A DNA stretch of 64,000 nucleotides from Octopus vulgaris (taxonomy: Eukaryota). A program made the translations under genes and the position numbers. The notes below the pieces were generated by a model, which saw only the letters and a list, made by a program, of their open reading frames with translations, made no database searches and was not told the origin of the DNA. The stretch is from positions 39,928,001 to 39,992,000 of the forward strand of contig OX597833.1 in the NCBI GenBank assembly GCA_951406725.2, given 5' to 3'. Shown here in pieces: positions 12,150 through 25,590 of the stretch. Every line of letters begins with the position of its first letter. Position 1 is the first letter of the stretch.

Positions 12150-12387
12150 TCTTTTATTCTTTTACTTGTTTCAGTCATTTGACTACAGCCATGCTGGCTC
12201 ACACTCTTGAGTCTTTAGTCACACAAATCGACCCCCAGCTCTTATTTCATTGGTTGTAAGCCTAGTACTTATTCCATTGGTCTCTTTTTGCTGAACCTCT
12301 TAGTTATGGGGATGTAAGCACACCAACATCGGTTGTCAAATGATGGTGGGGAGGGGGAAAACACAGACACAAATAACAAATGCATTC

Positions 12388-12420
<33 letters not shown>

Positions 12421-12580
12421 TATACCACAGGCTTCTTTCAGTTTCCATCTACCAAATCCACTCACAAGGCTTTGGTCAGCCCGTGGCTACAGTAGAAGAC
12501 ACTTGTACAAGGTGCCATGCAGTGGGACTGAACCCAGAACCATGTGGTTGGGAAGCAAGCTTCTTACCACATAGACACTC

Positions 12581-12588
<8 letters not shown>
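12150..12588 (-). mobile_element. SINE family B
   Basis: Reverse-complement full copy. Confidence 0.88.
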
Positions 12589-12640
<52 letters not shown>

Positions 12641-12807
12641 TTGTGTGTAGCAAGCAAAACAGCTGAAGGAGATAACCTCCTGGGGTTAAAAAGAGCAATA
12701 ACAGTATTTTGTACAGAACAACCACGTTGAGGTGATAATGACCATTATTTCTCAGTAGATAGGCATCAGGCATACACAGCAAAAAGAGTAGCTGAAGGTA
12801 AGAGATT

Positions 12808-12918
12808 TTACTAGGCTTAAAAAAACAAGCCCTGTGGTCGATTTGTTTGACAAAACCCTTCAAGGCAGTGCTCCAACATCACTGCAGTCAAATGCTTGAA
12901 ACAAGTAAAAGAATAAAA

Positions 12919-12921
<3 letters not shown>
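12808..12921 (+). mobile_element. SINE family B 3' fragment
   Basis: TACTAGGCTT...GGTCGATTTG...GAAACAAGTAAAAGAATAAAAG. Confidence 0.75.
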
Positions 12922-12964
<43 letters not shown>

Positions 12965-14055
12965 TTTTATTGCACTATTGAGCACTCAGTCACATTGTTC
13001 ACTATTTACATTTAGATATATAGGTGTGTGTGTGTGTGTGTATGTGTGTGTGTGTATCTATATGTATGTAGAGAGAGAAAGACAGAGTGATAGAGAGACA
13101 GGTAGGAATTTAGAGAAATGTATGTATATGCTCTAGTAAGAATGAACTTATTCACCAACATTTCCTATTTTCAAATGAATTTACCATAAACAACTATATT
13201 CAAATACTTTGAATGACATGAAAAGGTTTTTAAAAACAAAAAGGTACAATAAACTGAAGAACTATTTTTATAGAATTCTCTTATGATTTAGTATCTCAAG
13301 ATAACCTAAAGATTATGACACTTCCCAAAATATATTTCCAAATATTATTCCTTCAAATGTTCTGGTGACAGATGAGTCTGATTTTGGAAATAATGTCTTA
13401 ATTCTTATATGCTTTTTTTTTACTCTTTTTGTTTCAATAATGACAAAAATGGTAACTTTTAAATCTAAGTTGATGCTATACATACTTATATAGACCTGGT
13501 TTGATCATTTCTCCTTTTTTTTGTGCTTTCTTCCTTCATTCTGTTTCTCCATTCTCTTCATCTTTCTGAGCCTCTCTCACTTTTTCCATATTCCCAGTCT
13601 TCTATTTCCTCCTCCTCCTCTCTCTCTCGTTCCTTCTCTTTCTCTCTCACTCGTTCCTTCTCTCTCTGTATCTCTCTCTATCTATCTATTTATCTATCTA
13701 TCTAACATTATTTCTCTGCCTATTTCTTAACAATGCTTAGAATTTGAAACACAGATAAAATACAGATACTCATTCAAATACACACACACACGCACACACA
13801 CAAACACACACGCACGCATGCACACATACATACATACACACATATATATATATACATACATGCACACTGATATACAGATATATATATACACACATGTACA
13901 TACATCCCCCACCACCAAAAAATGCATACATGCACATACACATACATATATACGCACATGTGCAAGCACATAAACATGCATATGCACATATGCATATATA
14001 CATATACACATGCATACTAACATACATATGTATGCACACATACATATGTACATAC

Positions 14056-14634
14056 AGTGGCCATGCTGGGGCACCACCTTCAAAAGTTTTAGTTCAATGA
14101 ATTGACCCTAGTACTTATTCTATAGGTATCTTTTGCCAAACTGCTAAGTTACATGGATATAAACACACCAACACCAGTTGTCAAGCAGTAGTTAAGGGAC
14201 AAACACAGACACAAACATACACACACACACAATGGGCTTTTTTCATCTACCAATTCCACTCACAAGGCTTTGGTCAGTGCTAGGCTGTAGTAGAACACAC
14301 TTACCCAAAGCACCACATAGTGGGACTGAACCCAGAACCTTCTGGTTAAGAAGCAAGCTTCTTATTTCTTTATTGCCCGCAAGGGGCTAAATATAGAGGG
14401 GACAAACAAGGAGACACAAAGGGATTAAGTTGATTACATCGACCCCAGTGCGTAACTGGTACTTAATCTATCGACCCCAAAAGGATGAAAGGCAAAGTTG
14501 ACCTCGGCGGAATTTGAACTCAGAACATAATGGCAGACGAAATACCACTAAGCATTTCGCCTGGCGTGCTAAAGTTTCTGCCAGCTCACCGCCTTCTTAC
14601 CACAAGCTTCTTACCACACAGTCACACCTGTACC
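14056..14634 (-). mobile_element. SINE family B with a young SINE family A (about 14361-14596, minus) inserted in its head
   Basis: The B sequence resumes after the A copy. CAAGCTTCTTA is repeated at both junctions. Confidence 0.85.
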
Positions 14635-14815
14635 TATATATGTGTGTGTGCATGTGTGTGTGTGTGTGTGAGTATGTGTGTGTGTACATGTTATGTGCTA
14701 TATTTCAGGTCCATTCTTTCCAGTTGTCTAAATCACATAAAGTCATAGCATTAACTATTTGTTGTATAATTATACACTCAGACGAAGAGTTGGATCTCAA
14801 TGAACCATATTCAGC

Positions 14816-15032
14816 AAGGCAGCAAGCTGGCAGAAACATTAGCACGCCAGGCAAAATGCTTCGCAGTATCTCGTCTGTCTTTACGTTCTGAGTTCAAATT
14901 ACACCAAGGTCAACTTTGCCTTTCATCCTATCCGTGTCGATAAATTAAGGACCAGTTGCATACTGAAGTCGATCTAATTGACTGGTCCCCTTCCCCCCAA
15001 AATTTTGGGCTTTGTGCCTAGAGTAGAAAAGA
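14816..15032 (+). mobile_element. SINE family A (alternative 3' end)
   Basis: AAGGCAGCAAGCTGGCAGAAACATTAGCACGCC...GAGTTCAAATT...GTGCCTAGAGTAGAAAAG. Confidence 0.85.
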
Positions 15033-15224
15033 ATGAACTATATTTATCTCCATTGGAAAGACTTAGAAGACAAGATCTATTCCTAAATGCATCGTTTTAA
15101 TTTTCCAAAATACTTCAGTCAGTTGATATAACTAGAATTGTATTTACTTGGTTCAGGAGTGAGATGTGAGTAATTTTTCTCTTTTTCTTTTTTTCTCTTT
15201 TGTTTTTATTTTCATTTTCAGTTG

Positions 15225-15572
15225 GGACAGCCATGGCTGCATGATAAATAATTTGCTTCCCAGATACCTAGTTCTGGGTTCAGTTCCACAGCATGGCACC
15301 TTGGGCAAGTGTCTTCTATTTTAACTCCAGGCCAAACAAAATCTTTAGAATGGATTAGTAGATGGAAACTGAAAGAAGCCTGTCATACACACACACATAT
15401 ACATGTAAAATGATAGAGGCAGTATTAATACCCACAGGTAAAATATTCACTACTGGAAGTTGGAAGTTGGGTGAGAACACATAAATAAATATTGTTTGGC
15501 TAAACACTTCAAAGCAATGCTCCAGCATGGCTGCAGCCCAATGACTGAAACAAGCAAAAGATAAAAGATAAA
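15225..15572 (+). mobile_element. degenerate SINE family B variant
   Basis: Head and 3' tail are recognisable; the middle is divergent. Confidence 0.7.
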
Positions 15573-16519
15573 AATCGCTTTCATAGAAGGCAGTGATTCA
15601 GTGTGTATTAGTTTTGAAGGCATGAATGGAGAGTTTGATGGAGTATTTAAAATTAAGTCTGTTTCACTGATTAGGAAACATAATAAAGGATACTTGTTAT
15701 TTGAAAAGGTGTTGAAGAGTTTGATTTGTGTTGCTGGTGGAGTGGTGTGTTAGTGGAAGGAATTTGTAAATAAAATGTAATGGAATTGTTAATTAAGCAG
15801 GTTTGAATGTTTGCTTGTGAAATGAAGTTCACTGATGCATAAAGCTTCTTATTTACAAAGTGTCTAGTAAGTATTATAAAGGAATAATTTCAAGGGATGG
15901 AGTGGGATTTGATATGCTTTTTAACAAAGTAATTAGTCTATGGGGGAGGTGAGTGGTATGTAAGGACAGCATGGTTGGTGTTGGAAAGAAGGTGGGGCTG
16001 AGATCCAAATATTTGTTCACTTGTATAGAGGCTGACAGGTACTTTATATCCACAGACTGATAAGGTGTGTACAGCACCAATAGTGACCATCATAAGCTCT
16101 CCAAGACTGGCAAGAGGTGGGTAGAGAACGTCTGGCTTTCACAAGCCCTGGTAGATGAGTTAAGAGAGAATACAGTATGTATGACTGTCACAAGAGCTCT
16201 CAGAATAGTAAGGGCACTAAAATTGAGGGGCATCTTGAACATTTTTACTTAGATTGATAACTGAGAGAAAAATGTAAGCAGAGAGTGGATTCTAGAAGGA
16301 TGTCATTCTGGAGTATAAGAATTTGATAAGGTTTTATTTCAAGATTTGGAAAGTAACTTATGGTAGGAATAATCAATGGAGGAGAAAAAGATATTTTACG
16401 TGATACTATGGAAGAGAAATGAAATACATTGAATAACTTCATATTTGAGATGATATGTAGCTTCTACAATCATATAGTATATTACCTCTTAGTTAAGATG
16501 GTATTTACTTCTAGATAAT

Positions 16520-17690
16520 ATGATATGAAGCTTTCAGGTCCAGATGTTATGAAGCTTCAAGTTCAGATATTATGACAGTCCAAATCCAGATGTTATGAAG
16601 GTCTAAACCCAGAAGTTATGAAGGTCCAAATGCAGATGTTATGAAGCTTCAGGTCCAGATGTTATGAAGCTTCAGGTTCAGATGTTATGAAGCTTCAGGT
16701 CCAGAAGTTATGAAGACCCACGTCCGGATGTTATGAAGGTCCAAATCCAGTTGTTATGAAGGTCCAAATGCAGATGGTATGAAGTTTTAGGTCCAGATGT
16801 TATGAAGCTTCAGGTCCAGATGTTATGAAGCTTCAGGTTCAGATGTTATGAAGCTTCAGGTCTAGAAATTATGAAGACCCATGTCCGGATGTTATGAAGG
16901 TCCAAATCCAGATGTTCTGAAGGTCCAAATGCAGATGGTATGAAGTTTTAGGTCCAGATGTTATGAAGCTTCAGGTCCAGATGTTATGAAGATCCAGGTC
17001 CAGATGTTATGAAACTTCAGGTCCAAATGCTATGAAGATCCATGTCCAGATGTTATGAAGGTCCAAATGCAAAAGTTATGAAGATCCAGGTCCAGATGTT
17101 ATGAATCTTCAGGTCCAGAATTTATGAAGTTTTATGTCCAGCCGTTATGAAGTTTCAGGTTCAAATGTTATGAGGACCCATGTCCAGATGTTTTAAAGGT
17201 TCAAATCTAGGTGTTATGAAGCGTCAGGTCCAAATGTTATGAAGCTTCAGGTTCAGATGTTATGAAGATCCAGGTCCATATATTATGAAGGTCCAAATCC
17301 AAATGTTATGAAGCTTCAGGTCCAAATTTTATGAAGATCCATGTCCATATGTTATGAAACTTCACGTCCAGATGTTATGATGCTTCAAGTCCAGATGTTA
17401 TGAAGCATCAGATCCAAATGTTATGAAGCTTCAGGTCCAGATGTTATAAAGCTCCCAGCCCAGTACTTATAAAGCTTCCAGTCCAGATGTTATGAAGCTT
17501 CAAGTCCAGAACTTATGAAGCTTCAAGTCCAGAATTTATGAAGATCCAGGTCCAGATTCTATGAAGGTCCAGATGTTACGAAGTTTTAGGTTCAAATGAT
17601 ATGAAGTTTCTACTCCAGATGATATGAAGCTTCAGATTTAGATACTATTAAGCTTCAGATCCACATGTTATGAAACTTCAGGTTGAGGTG
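16520..17690. repeat. 23-bp minisatellite, about 50 copies, consensus GATGTTATGAAGCTTCAGGTCCA
   Basis: Unit counted directly. Decayed units extend to about 16440 and about 17950. Confidence 0.95.
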
Positions 17691-18204
17691 CTATATAGCC
17701 TCTTAGTTGAGATGGTATGTAGGCTAATAGTTCAAAGTATGTGTAAGTTCTACTTACAGTACAATCTTCTTAGTTCAGATAGTATGTCATATCTGGGTTC
17801 AAGTAACATGTAGTTTCCTGGTTTAGATATGTAACCTCCTAGTTTAGATGCATAGCCTTCAAGTAAAGATGGTATGTGGCTTCCTCACTCAGATAGTGCA
17901 TAGATTCTTTGTTCAGATGGTACATATCTTTACAGCTCAATACAGTTATAAGTATTGTTGATGAGTAAAGCTTTTGTCAGTGGTAATACTGAAACAGAAA
18001 GTTATCAGCAATAATGTCTATAATAACCTATGAAAACACCAATAAATTATATGCAAAGAAAGACTAACTAATTGAAATAGCCACAAAATACTTATAACCA
18101 TTCAAAAAAATTTCCAAAAGTTTTTTATTGATAAAAAATAATCAAGAAATTCTAAACAATCCTGAGGAGCTTTTTTAAACAATCAACATTTATCAATTGC
18201 TGAA

Positions 18205-18435
18205 GTTAGCAAAGCTAACAGAATCGTTAGCATGCGAGACAAAATGCTTTGTGGCATTTTTATCTGTCTTTACATTCTGAGTTCAAATTCTTCTGAAGTC
18301 AACTTTGCCTTTCATAATTTTGTATGGGTGGCAGGGGGTCAGTTAAATAAGTACCAGTCAAGTACTGGAGGTTGGTTTAATCAACTAATCCCCCATCCCC
18401 AAAATTCCAGGCCTTGTTCCAATAGTGGAAAGGAG
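18205..18435 (+). mobile_element. SINE family A
   Basis: CAGAATCGTTAGCATGCG...GAGTTCAAATTC...AAATAAGTACCAGT. Confidence 0.75.
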
Positions 18436-18726
18436 TAGTTATCAATTGATGAAGGTGATGATGAGTGGCAGTGGTGGGGATTGCGATGGCAGAGATGTTG
18501 GAGGTAAGGTGGTGGTGGTGGTGGTACTGATGCTGGTATTGGTTGTGACAGTGGTATTGGCAATAGTGGTGCTGGTGCTGAATTCATGGTGTTGGCAGTG
18601 ATGCTATTGATGCTGGTGTTGGCAGTGATGTAGTAATCATGATTATGTTGACAGTAATGAGCCTTATGATGAAAAACATTCCCAAACATTGCAAACATCA
18701 CTCCCTACAAAAACAGTTTATCAGTA

Positions 18727-18770
<44 letters not shown>

Positions 18771-19417
18771 TTTGACTAATCATAAAACAAGCCACAAGAA
18801 GATTTTTGCTCACCAATGGAAACAAGAGGCAACAAAGACATTGTAAGCAACCAAAAACATTTATCCAAGCATACACTACAAAGAAGTTACTTTGTTTTGA
18901 TGTTGTTGTTGTTGTTGTTATAGTTTTTGTTTGTTTGCTTGGTTGTGTGTTTTAACCAATCACAAACATCTATGTAATAAAGACTTTCTATCCAGTTTCT
19001 AACTAGCTGAAGCATTCATTGAAAATATATAATTAACGAGTGAGGAAAACATTATTACATCTATATTATTTATACCATTTGAAAAAAAAAAAATATATGT
19101 GTGTAGGTGTGTGTAGATGTGTATAGGTGCATTTGTATATGTGTTTGTGTTTATGTATTTATATGTGTATATATATATATATATGTATATATAGACAAAC
19201 ATTTATGTGTGTTTGTATATATATATATATACATATTCACTTACACACATATATATATATATATATTTATGTTTATATGTGTATAAATACACATAGAAAC
19301 ATATATATATACACGCATATATTTGTGTGTTTATATGTGAATAAATGCATATATGTATATATATGTATATATATATATATATATGTATTAATTCACATAT
19401 ACATATACACACACATG

Positions 19418-19454
<37 letters not shown>

Positions 19455-20413
19455 TATTTATCTATACACATATATATATGCACACACATATACATACATT
19501 TATATATATATAAATACATATATACATATATACACACACACACATACACACATATACATGTACGTATACACACACACACGCACACACACACACACACACA
19601 TACACACACGCACACATATACACACGCACAGACACATATACATACAGAAACACAAACAAGTAGAAGTTAAAAGAAATTAAAATAAAATATATAAGGACAA
19701 CAATACAAACAAACAAACAAGAAATCAATACAAATTCAACCACTACACCCACCACCACCACCACCACCACCAAAAGCAGCAACAACAACTGGAGCAGCAG
19801 GCAAATAACAGCACAAACGACAAAAAAACCCACCCCACCCATTCCCTTCAGCCCTGCCATTTTTCGCAAATGATTTCCAAGAAATCCATAAATAACTGAA
19901 TAAAAGAGTGAAAAATTGACTGATGATTATGATTATACAGCAATATATATTCAACCGTTCCTTCTACCATTCTTCTACCATTCTTCTGTGTCTGTAATTC
20001 CTGTAATTTCAACATTGGTTACAATGTCTTTCTTTACAAAATTCTACACAATTCTTACCAGTTCAGTCCGTCACTTTGCTTTGTGATTAACGCAGGCAAA
20101 TTATGGTGAGAAGTGTTAATGCTAGTGGCGGTGGTGGTGGGGTGGGGTGGTGGTAGTGGTGGGGGTGGGGTGGGCTTATGGCGTTGGGGAGGGAGGGTTG
20201 GGGTGGTAGTAGCAGTAGTGGTAGCACTTGTGTTCATAGTAATGATGGTGAAAGAATGTAGAAACAAGAGCTATGAGAAAAACAATATGTATATACACAA
20301 TATATGAATATATATACATATATATATATACACAAACATATATATACATATGTATACATATATACACAAATGCATGCATGCACGTATATTTATGTTTATG
20401 TATATATATATGC

Positions 20414-20468
<55 letters not shown>

Positions 20469-20584
20469 CAGCCATTTCATATACATAAATGCACATATGT
20501 ATTTATTTGTGTGTGTGTGTGTGTGTGATATATGTGTACATATATATAATCACACACACACACACATATGTGTTATGTATATAT

Positions 20585-21340
20585 AAGGGGTAACCCAAAA
20601 GTAACTGGAAACGTTCTCTGTGGTACAAGTCTGTTGTAGTCCAGGCCTTCACTGCTAGAAACCACTTGATGCCACCCTCAGGCATCAGTCTGCCATCCTG
20701 CATTGATGGTTGAAGTTGTACTGCCACATGGTGCATCTTTGTTTTGAAGTGCTTCTACCCTGTTTGTCAATTTTTGCAAATGGCTGAAATGAAGGGACAA
20801 TGTGCTTCCATGAAATTTTGTTTTGTGCTGTGGAGTATGGTGGCTGAAACAGCCCTTATGCCTCAAACAGCTTACAAGGACGCTGCCATGAGCAAAACAC
20901 AAGTTTAAGAGTGATCTTCACATTTTAAGAACGATCACTTGTGGCTTGAGGACCAACTTGGTTCAGGGTGACCGTCAACCTCCTGAACAAATGAAAACCT
21001 CACAAAAATTCATGAACTGAATTTGAAGGACCATCACTGAACAATTGATGAAGTTGTTGATATGAATTATGTGTCCTGGAACTCCTCCAAACAAATTCTG
21101 AGTGAGGAATTTTGAATGAAAAGACCTGCAGTAAAATTTATGCCTCACTAGCTCACGGAAGATCAAAAGCGATTAGGACTGAATGTTTGTCGTGAACTGA
21201 AAGAACAGTTGGAAGTTGATCTGAACCATTTTTCCGAATGTCATCACTGGTGATGGAAAGCTGGTGCTATGGCTACAACCCACAAATGAGGCAACAGTCA
21301 AGTTAATGGAAGCATTTAGCGTCACCGCACCCCCCCAAAA
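20585..21340 (+). mobile_element. mariner-family transposon, 5' part; transposase pseudogene
   Basis: From about 20779: MAEMKGQCASMKFCF...AYKDAAMSKTQV...G*PSTS...KFMPH*LTEDQK...VITGD, with many stops. Begins just after TA. Confidence 0.85.
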
Positions 21341-21894
21341 GGGCAGCTAATTTCCACAACTGTACAGAGTTTCTCTTCGCTATCCCAAATCATTATATCA
21401 GGTCTGTTGTGCTTACATTTTGTTGGGGTCTATGTATGTATATATGTATGTATGTATGTATGTATTTATGTGTATGTGTGTGTTATGTATATATACGTGG
21501 CTGATTCTCTTGTCACTACTTTGTCAAGTGCAATGAAATCAGTGCATTTACTTCTAGATTTCTCTAAATTTTTCTGCAAAGCTCTCTCAAATAATATAAA
21601 TAAATTAATCAATGACTGATATTATTTTTTTCCTCACCCCATAATTATTTCCAGTTACATTTTTAATGATCCCTGTTTCAATTATGTTAACGTCAGCTGC
21701 ACTGTCATTCCGTCTCTCTGCTTCTCTCTGTTCTTCTCTCTCTCTTTCTCTCTCTGTCTCCACACCCACTCACACAGACACACACACAGACACACACACG
21801 CACACACATACACATATATAAGGAGAGACAGAGAGGCATATATATATATATATGGATGTGGGAGTATGTTTGTATGTATACAAGTATATATATA

Positions 21895-22715
21895 TGTGTG
21901 GTCTGATCAATAAGTAACCTGACTGTTGCCATAGTAATGAAGCTAAAGCACGCAGAGTAAAGCTACTTGACACAGATTGACCGTGAACTCTGCTGTGCAA
22001 GTGCACTAAGTCTTAATGTTTTAGCTGACTTCTGCTATTTACAGCAGTGCTTGGAAGGAAGGTGTGTAGTGTGTGTTCATTGCATTCACCATGATAGAGG
22101 AAACTGAGCAGAGAATCTTCATCAAATTTTACCAATTGCTTGGCGATACCTGCTCAGAGGCCAAGGCAAATTTTTCAAAAAGTTTTCACCATTCTTGACC
22201 CAATCAAGGAGCTCTTGTACAACTGAAACCCAAGTGTCCTTTTAGTCAGCTGAAAGCAGTTTTGTCCCAATTTTGGCAAACATATGTCTCATACCAAAAT
22301 CTTCAGTGATAAAAAACTGAACTGAACTGTAAATAATCTGCACATCCTCTAACAACTCACCGATGGTGATTCAACGATTTCCCCTCACAGCTGCACACAC
22401 ATCTACAATGTTTATCTCAGTTCTGCTGGTTGCAAGTCTCCCAGAACATTCGTCAATATCAACATTTTTTCGGCCATCTTGGAAACGTTCAAACTACTCA
22501 TATACTTGTGTGCAGCTGATACATTCCTCTCCATACACTTTCTGCAACTTTGTGCAGGCCTCTGAGCAGGCATCACCATGACAACATTCCTTGTCATGGT
22601 CAATGTGATCATCACACGCTACACACCTTCCTTCCAAGTACTGCTGTAAACAGCGGAAGTGAGCTAGAACATTAACACTTAATGCATACACACAGCAGAG
22701 TTCAAGATCAACCAC
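21895..22715. mobile_element. palindromic mariner derivative: two 5' ends in inverted orientation
   Basis: About 21975-22185 (+) is an inverted match to about 22545-22712. The minus arm encodes KLQKVYGEECISCTQVYE*FERFQDGRKNVDIDECSGRLATS. Confidence 0.8.
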
Positions 22716-23119
22716 TATGCCAGGCACCAACCTGGAATTTATGAGTGGCCATGCTATTGCAGGAGAGTTATTGAACCTACACTGGGTTCATCTGTCCTTT
22801 TGTCAGGTTTTGTTTTAAGTCTCACTGGGTTCCTAGCAACCCTCCTCATCAGGCTAACCTAGTGATGCTGCTAGTTTAGTTGCCAATGGCTTGACCATGA
22901 AACAGATTGTACTGGATTCCATGTTACCAGTAGCACTCCTGAGGGACTTCACAAGTAGCCTGACATAATAGACTTCCATACATATACATATAGTCACACT
23001 CATACACACACACACACTCACACATATATACTCACACAGTTAGTTACTGATTGTTTATATAAAATGATGAACATTAACTGAATAAAGGACTAAATATCAG
23101 TTTGGAGTCTAACCTTATA

Positions 23120-23760
23120 AAACATTTTGTTGACTGTGACTTCAAAATTTTAACAAGTGTGCAGCTTATTCAAGCTGCTTGAATAAGCTACAATTATGGG
23201 AGAGTTTGAATGTGTGGAGGATATCAAAGGAAAGTTAGCTGATTACTGATTCCTGTGGGAAAAGTAGTTCCCAACTGGAAAATGAGTCTTTATTCCTGGA
23301 GAAGTTGAGTGGTTAGAGTAACATATCACTGGAGAAATTTAAAGTTGGACAGGTCATAATGCAAATATCCAGAACTGTGACTTGCAACAGATCTGAGATT
23401 TTTGGTTCTGTGTTTATTTTCTTACACATCCAGCAGAATCATCCCTCCATGAATCAATTTGCTTTCAACTGGTTTCAGGATCATATAGGAGACCAGAATG
23501 TTGGTACCTAATGCATGAGGTTACATTCTTAACAGTGCAAGTGAACAATCCTTGACATGGATTACCATACAGGGTCTGTGCGCAGTGGTAATGCTATATG
23601 TGAATGGACAGATGCTGAAGTTTAAACAAGAACAAGTAGATGATCTGGGGTCAGATTTCACATAGAAGGGTGAAACTATGGACAAGGAAGTTTTGCAGGT
23701 TGTATATACATGTGAATGAGAGAAAGAGGTGTTCAGGAATGACATGGAAATGATATGGCA
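23120..23760 (+). mobile_element. possible highly degenerate LINE RT 3' fragment
   Basis: Non-microsatellite, purine-rich block with only faint resemblance to CR1/RTE C-terminal motifs. No clean ORF. Confidence 0.25.
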
Positions 23761-23786
23761 TAGCTGAAGTAAATGAAACTGAAAGT

Positions 23787-23907
23787 CAGACAGAGAGACT
23801 GACAGACAGACTGCTAGGCAGACAGACAGTCATGCAGACTTGTAGACAGACAGACAGACAGATAAACAAACTGACAGGCAGGCTGAGAGGCATGCAGATG
23901 TTCAAGC

Positions 23908-23998
<91 letters not shown>

Positions 23999-24205
23999 GA
24001 TAGATAGATAAATAGATAGATAAGTAGGTAGATAGGTAGGTAGATAGACAGATAGATATATTTCTTTATTGCCCACAAGGGGTTAAACATAGAGGGGACA
24101 AACAAGGACAGACAAACGGATTAAGTCGATTACATCAACCCCAGTACGTAACTGGTAGTTTATTTATCGACCCCGAAAGGATGAAAGGCAAAGTCGACCT
24201 TGGCG

Positions 24206-24287
<82 letters not shown>

Positions 24288-24690
24288 CAGAAATAAAGAA
24301 AAGGAGACAGAAGGAGAGAAGAAAATATAGCTGAACAGCTAGATATAGACATAGAGACATCTAAGTAGATAAGAGAAAGGTGAAATGAGGAGAAAGGAGA
24401 AGAGAGAGGTAAATATAATCAGAGAGAGAATGAGTGAATGAGGGAGTGAGTGAGTGAGAGAATGGGTGCATGAGTGAGTGAGTGGGTGGGTGAGTGATTG
24501 ATTGAGTGAGTGGGTGGTTGAGTGAGTGAGTGAGTGAGTGAGTGAGTGAGTGAGTGAATGAGTGAGTGGGTGGGTGAGTGAGCGAGTGAGTGACTGAGTG
24601 ACTGAGTGACTGAGTGAGTGAGTGAGTGAGTGAGTGAGTGAGTGAATGAGTGAGTGAGTGAGTGAGTGAAGGGGTGGGTGGGTGGGTGAG
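23787..24690. repeat. (GACA)n/(GATA)n and (GAGT)n microsatellites with a truncated SINE A (24061-24207, minus)
   Basis: Read directly. Confidence 0.85.
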
Positions 24691-25455
24691 CTAATAAGAA
24701 AAACAGGTTACATTAACACTTCAGTATTGACAAAATGGTATGAAGATAAATGGAGAGCCAGAGACTGTTATACCAATAGTAAAGAGAGTGAAAGTTAAAG
24801 ACTGGTGGACAGAGTAAGAAATAGATTAAAAGAGAGAAAGAAAAGTAGAGAGATCAGCAGGTAAAGAGATGGCAAAATATTCTACAGCAAATCTTTAGTG
24901 TGAATAAAAGAAGAAGAGAGAAACTAAAACAGAGAGAGAGAGAAAGCGAGAAAGAGATAAGGAGGGATGACGACAGAAAGAGAGAAACATGCATCCAGCA
25001 AAAGGAGGAGAGAAAGAGGGAGGGATAGGGAGAGACATAATACAGAGCAAGATAGAGATAGAGAAAGAAAGTGGATAACCAACAGTGAGAGAGTGGTTGA
25101 GAATTAAAGAGAGAAAGACAAGGAGTCTGGAAGCGATCAAGAGGAATGAGTGAGAGGGGAGAGATTGCAAGAGAGAAAGATTTAGTAAAAAGTTCCAATC
25201 GGACAAAAGAGAAACAAAGAGACAAAGACAAAAGCAGAGAGAGAGGTGGAGAGATGGAGAGAGAGAGAGAGATGGAGGGAGAGGAGAGAGAGAAGGAGTG
25301 TGTGTGATGTGAAGATAAGCTATAATAAAACTTCAATGTAGACAAAAGAAAAGTGAGAGAAAATTGTTGTGTGATAAATTGTGAGATAATTGTTATTCTC
25401 AATAATTTACACATCAAACAATGTGTACGATATATATATGTGTGTGTGTGTATAT

Positions 25456-25590
<135 letters not shown>

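Noticed and set aside
15580-16445. Degenerate Penelope-like ORF on the minus strand
   Set aside because: Only a vague resemblance, with no motif I can support.
16520-17690. CRISPR-like constant/variable array or repetitive coding exon
   Set aside because: The variable parts are only 11 bp and are reused, there are no cas genes, the context is eukaryotic, and the 23-bp unit is not a multiple of three and gives stops.
17930-18005. Minus-strand splice acceptor TTTCTGTTTCAG
   Set aside because: All three frames stop within about 60 nt and no partner exon is visible.
22815-22860. Hammerhead at minus-strand CTGATGAG
   Set aside because: There is no properly placed GAAA, UH triplet or stem I.
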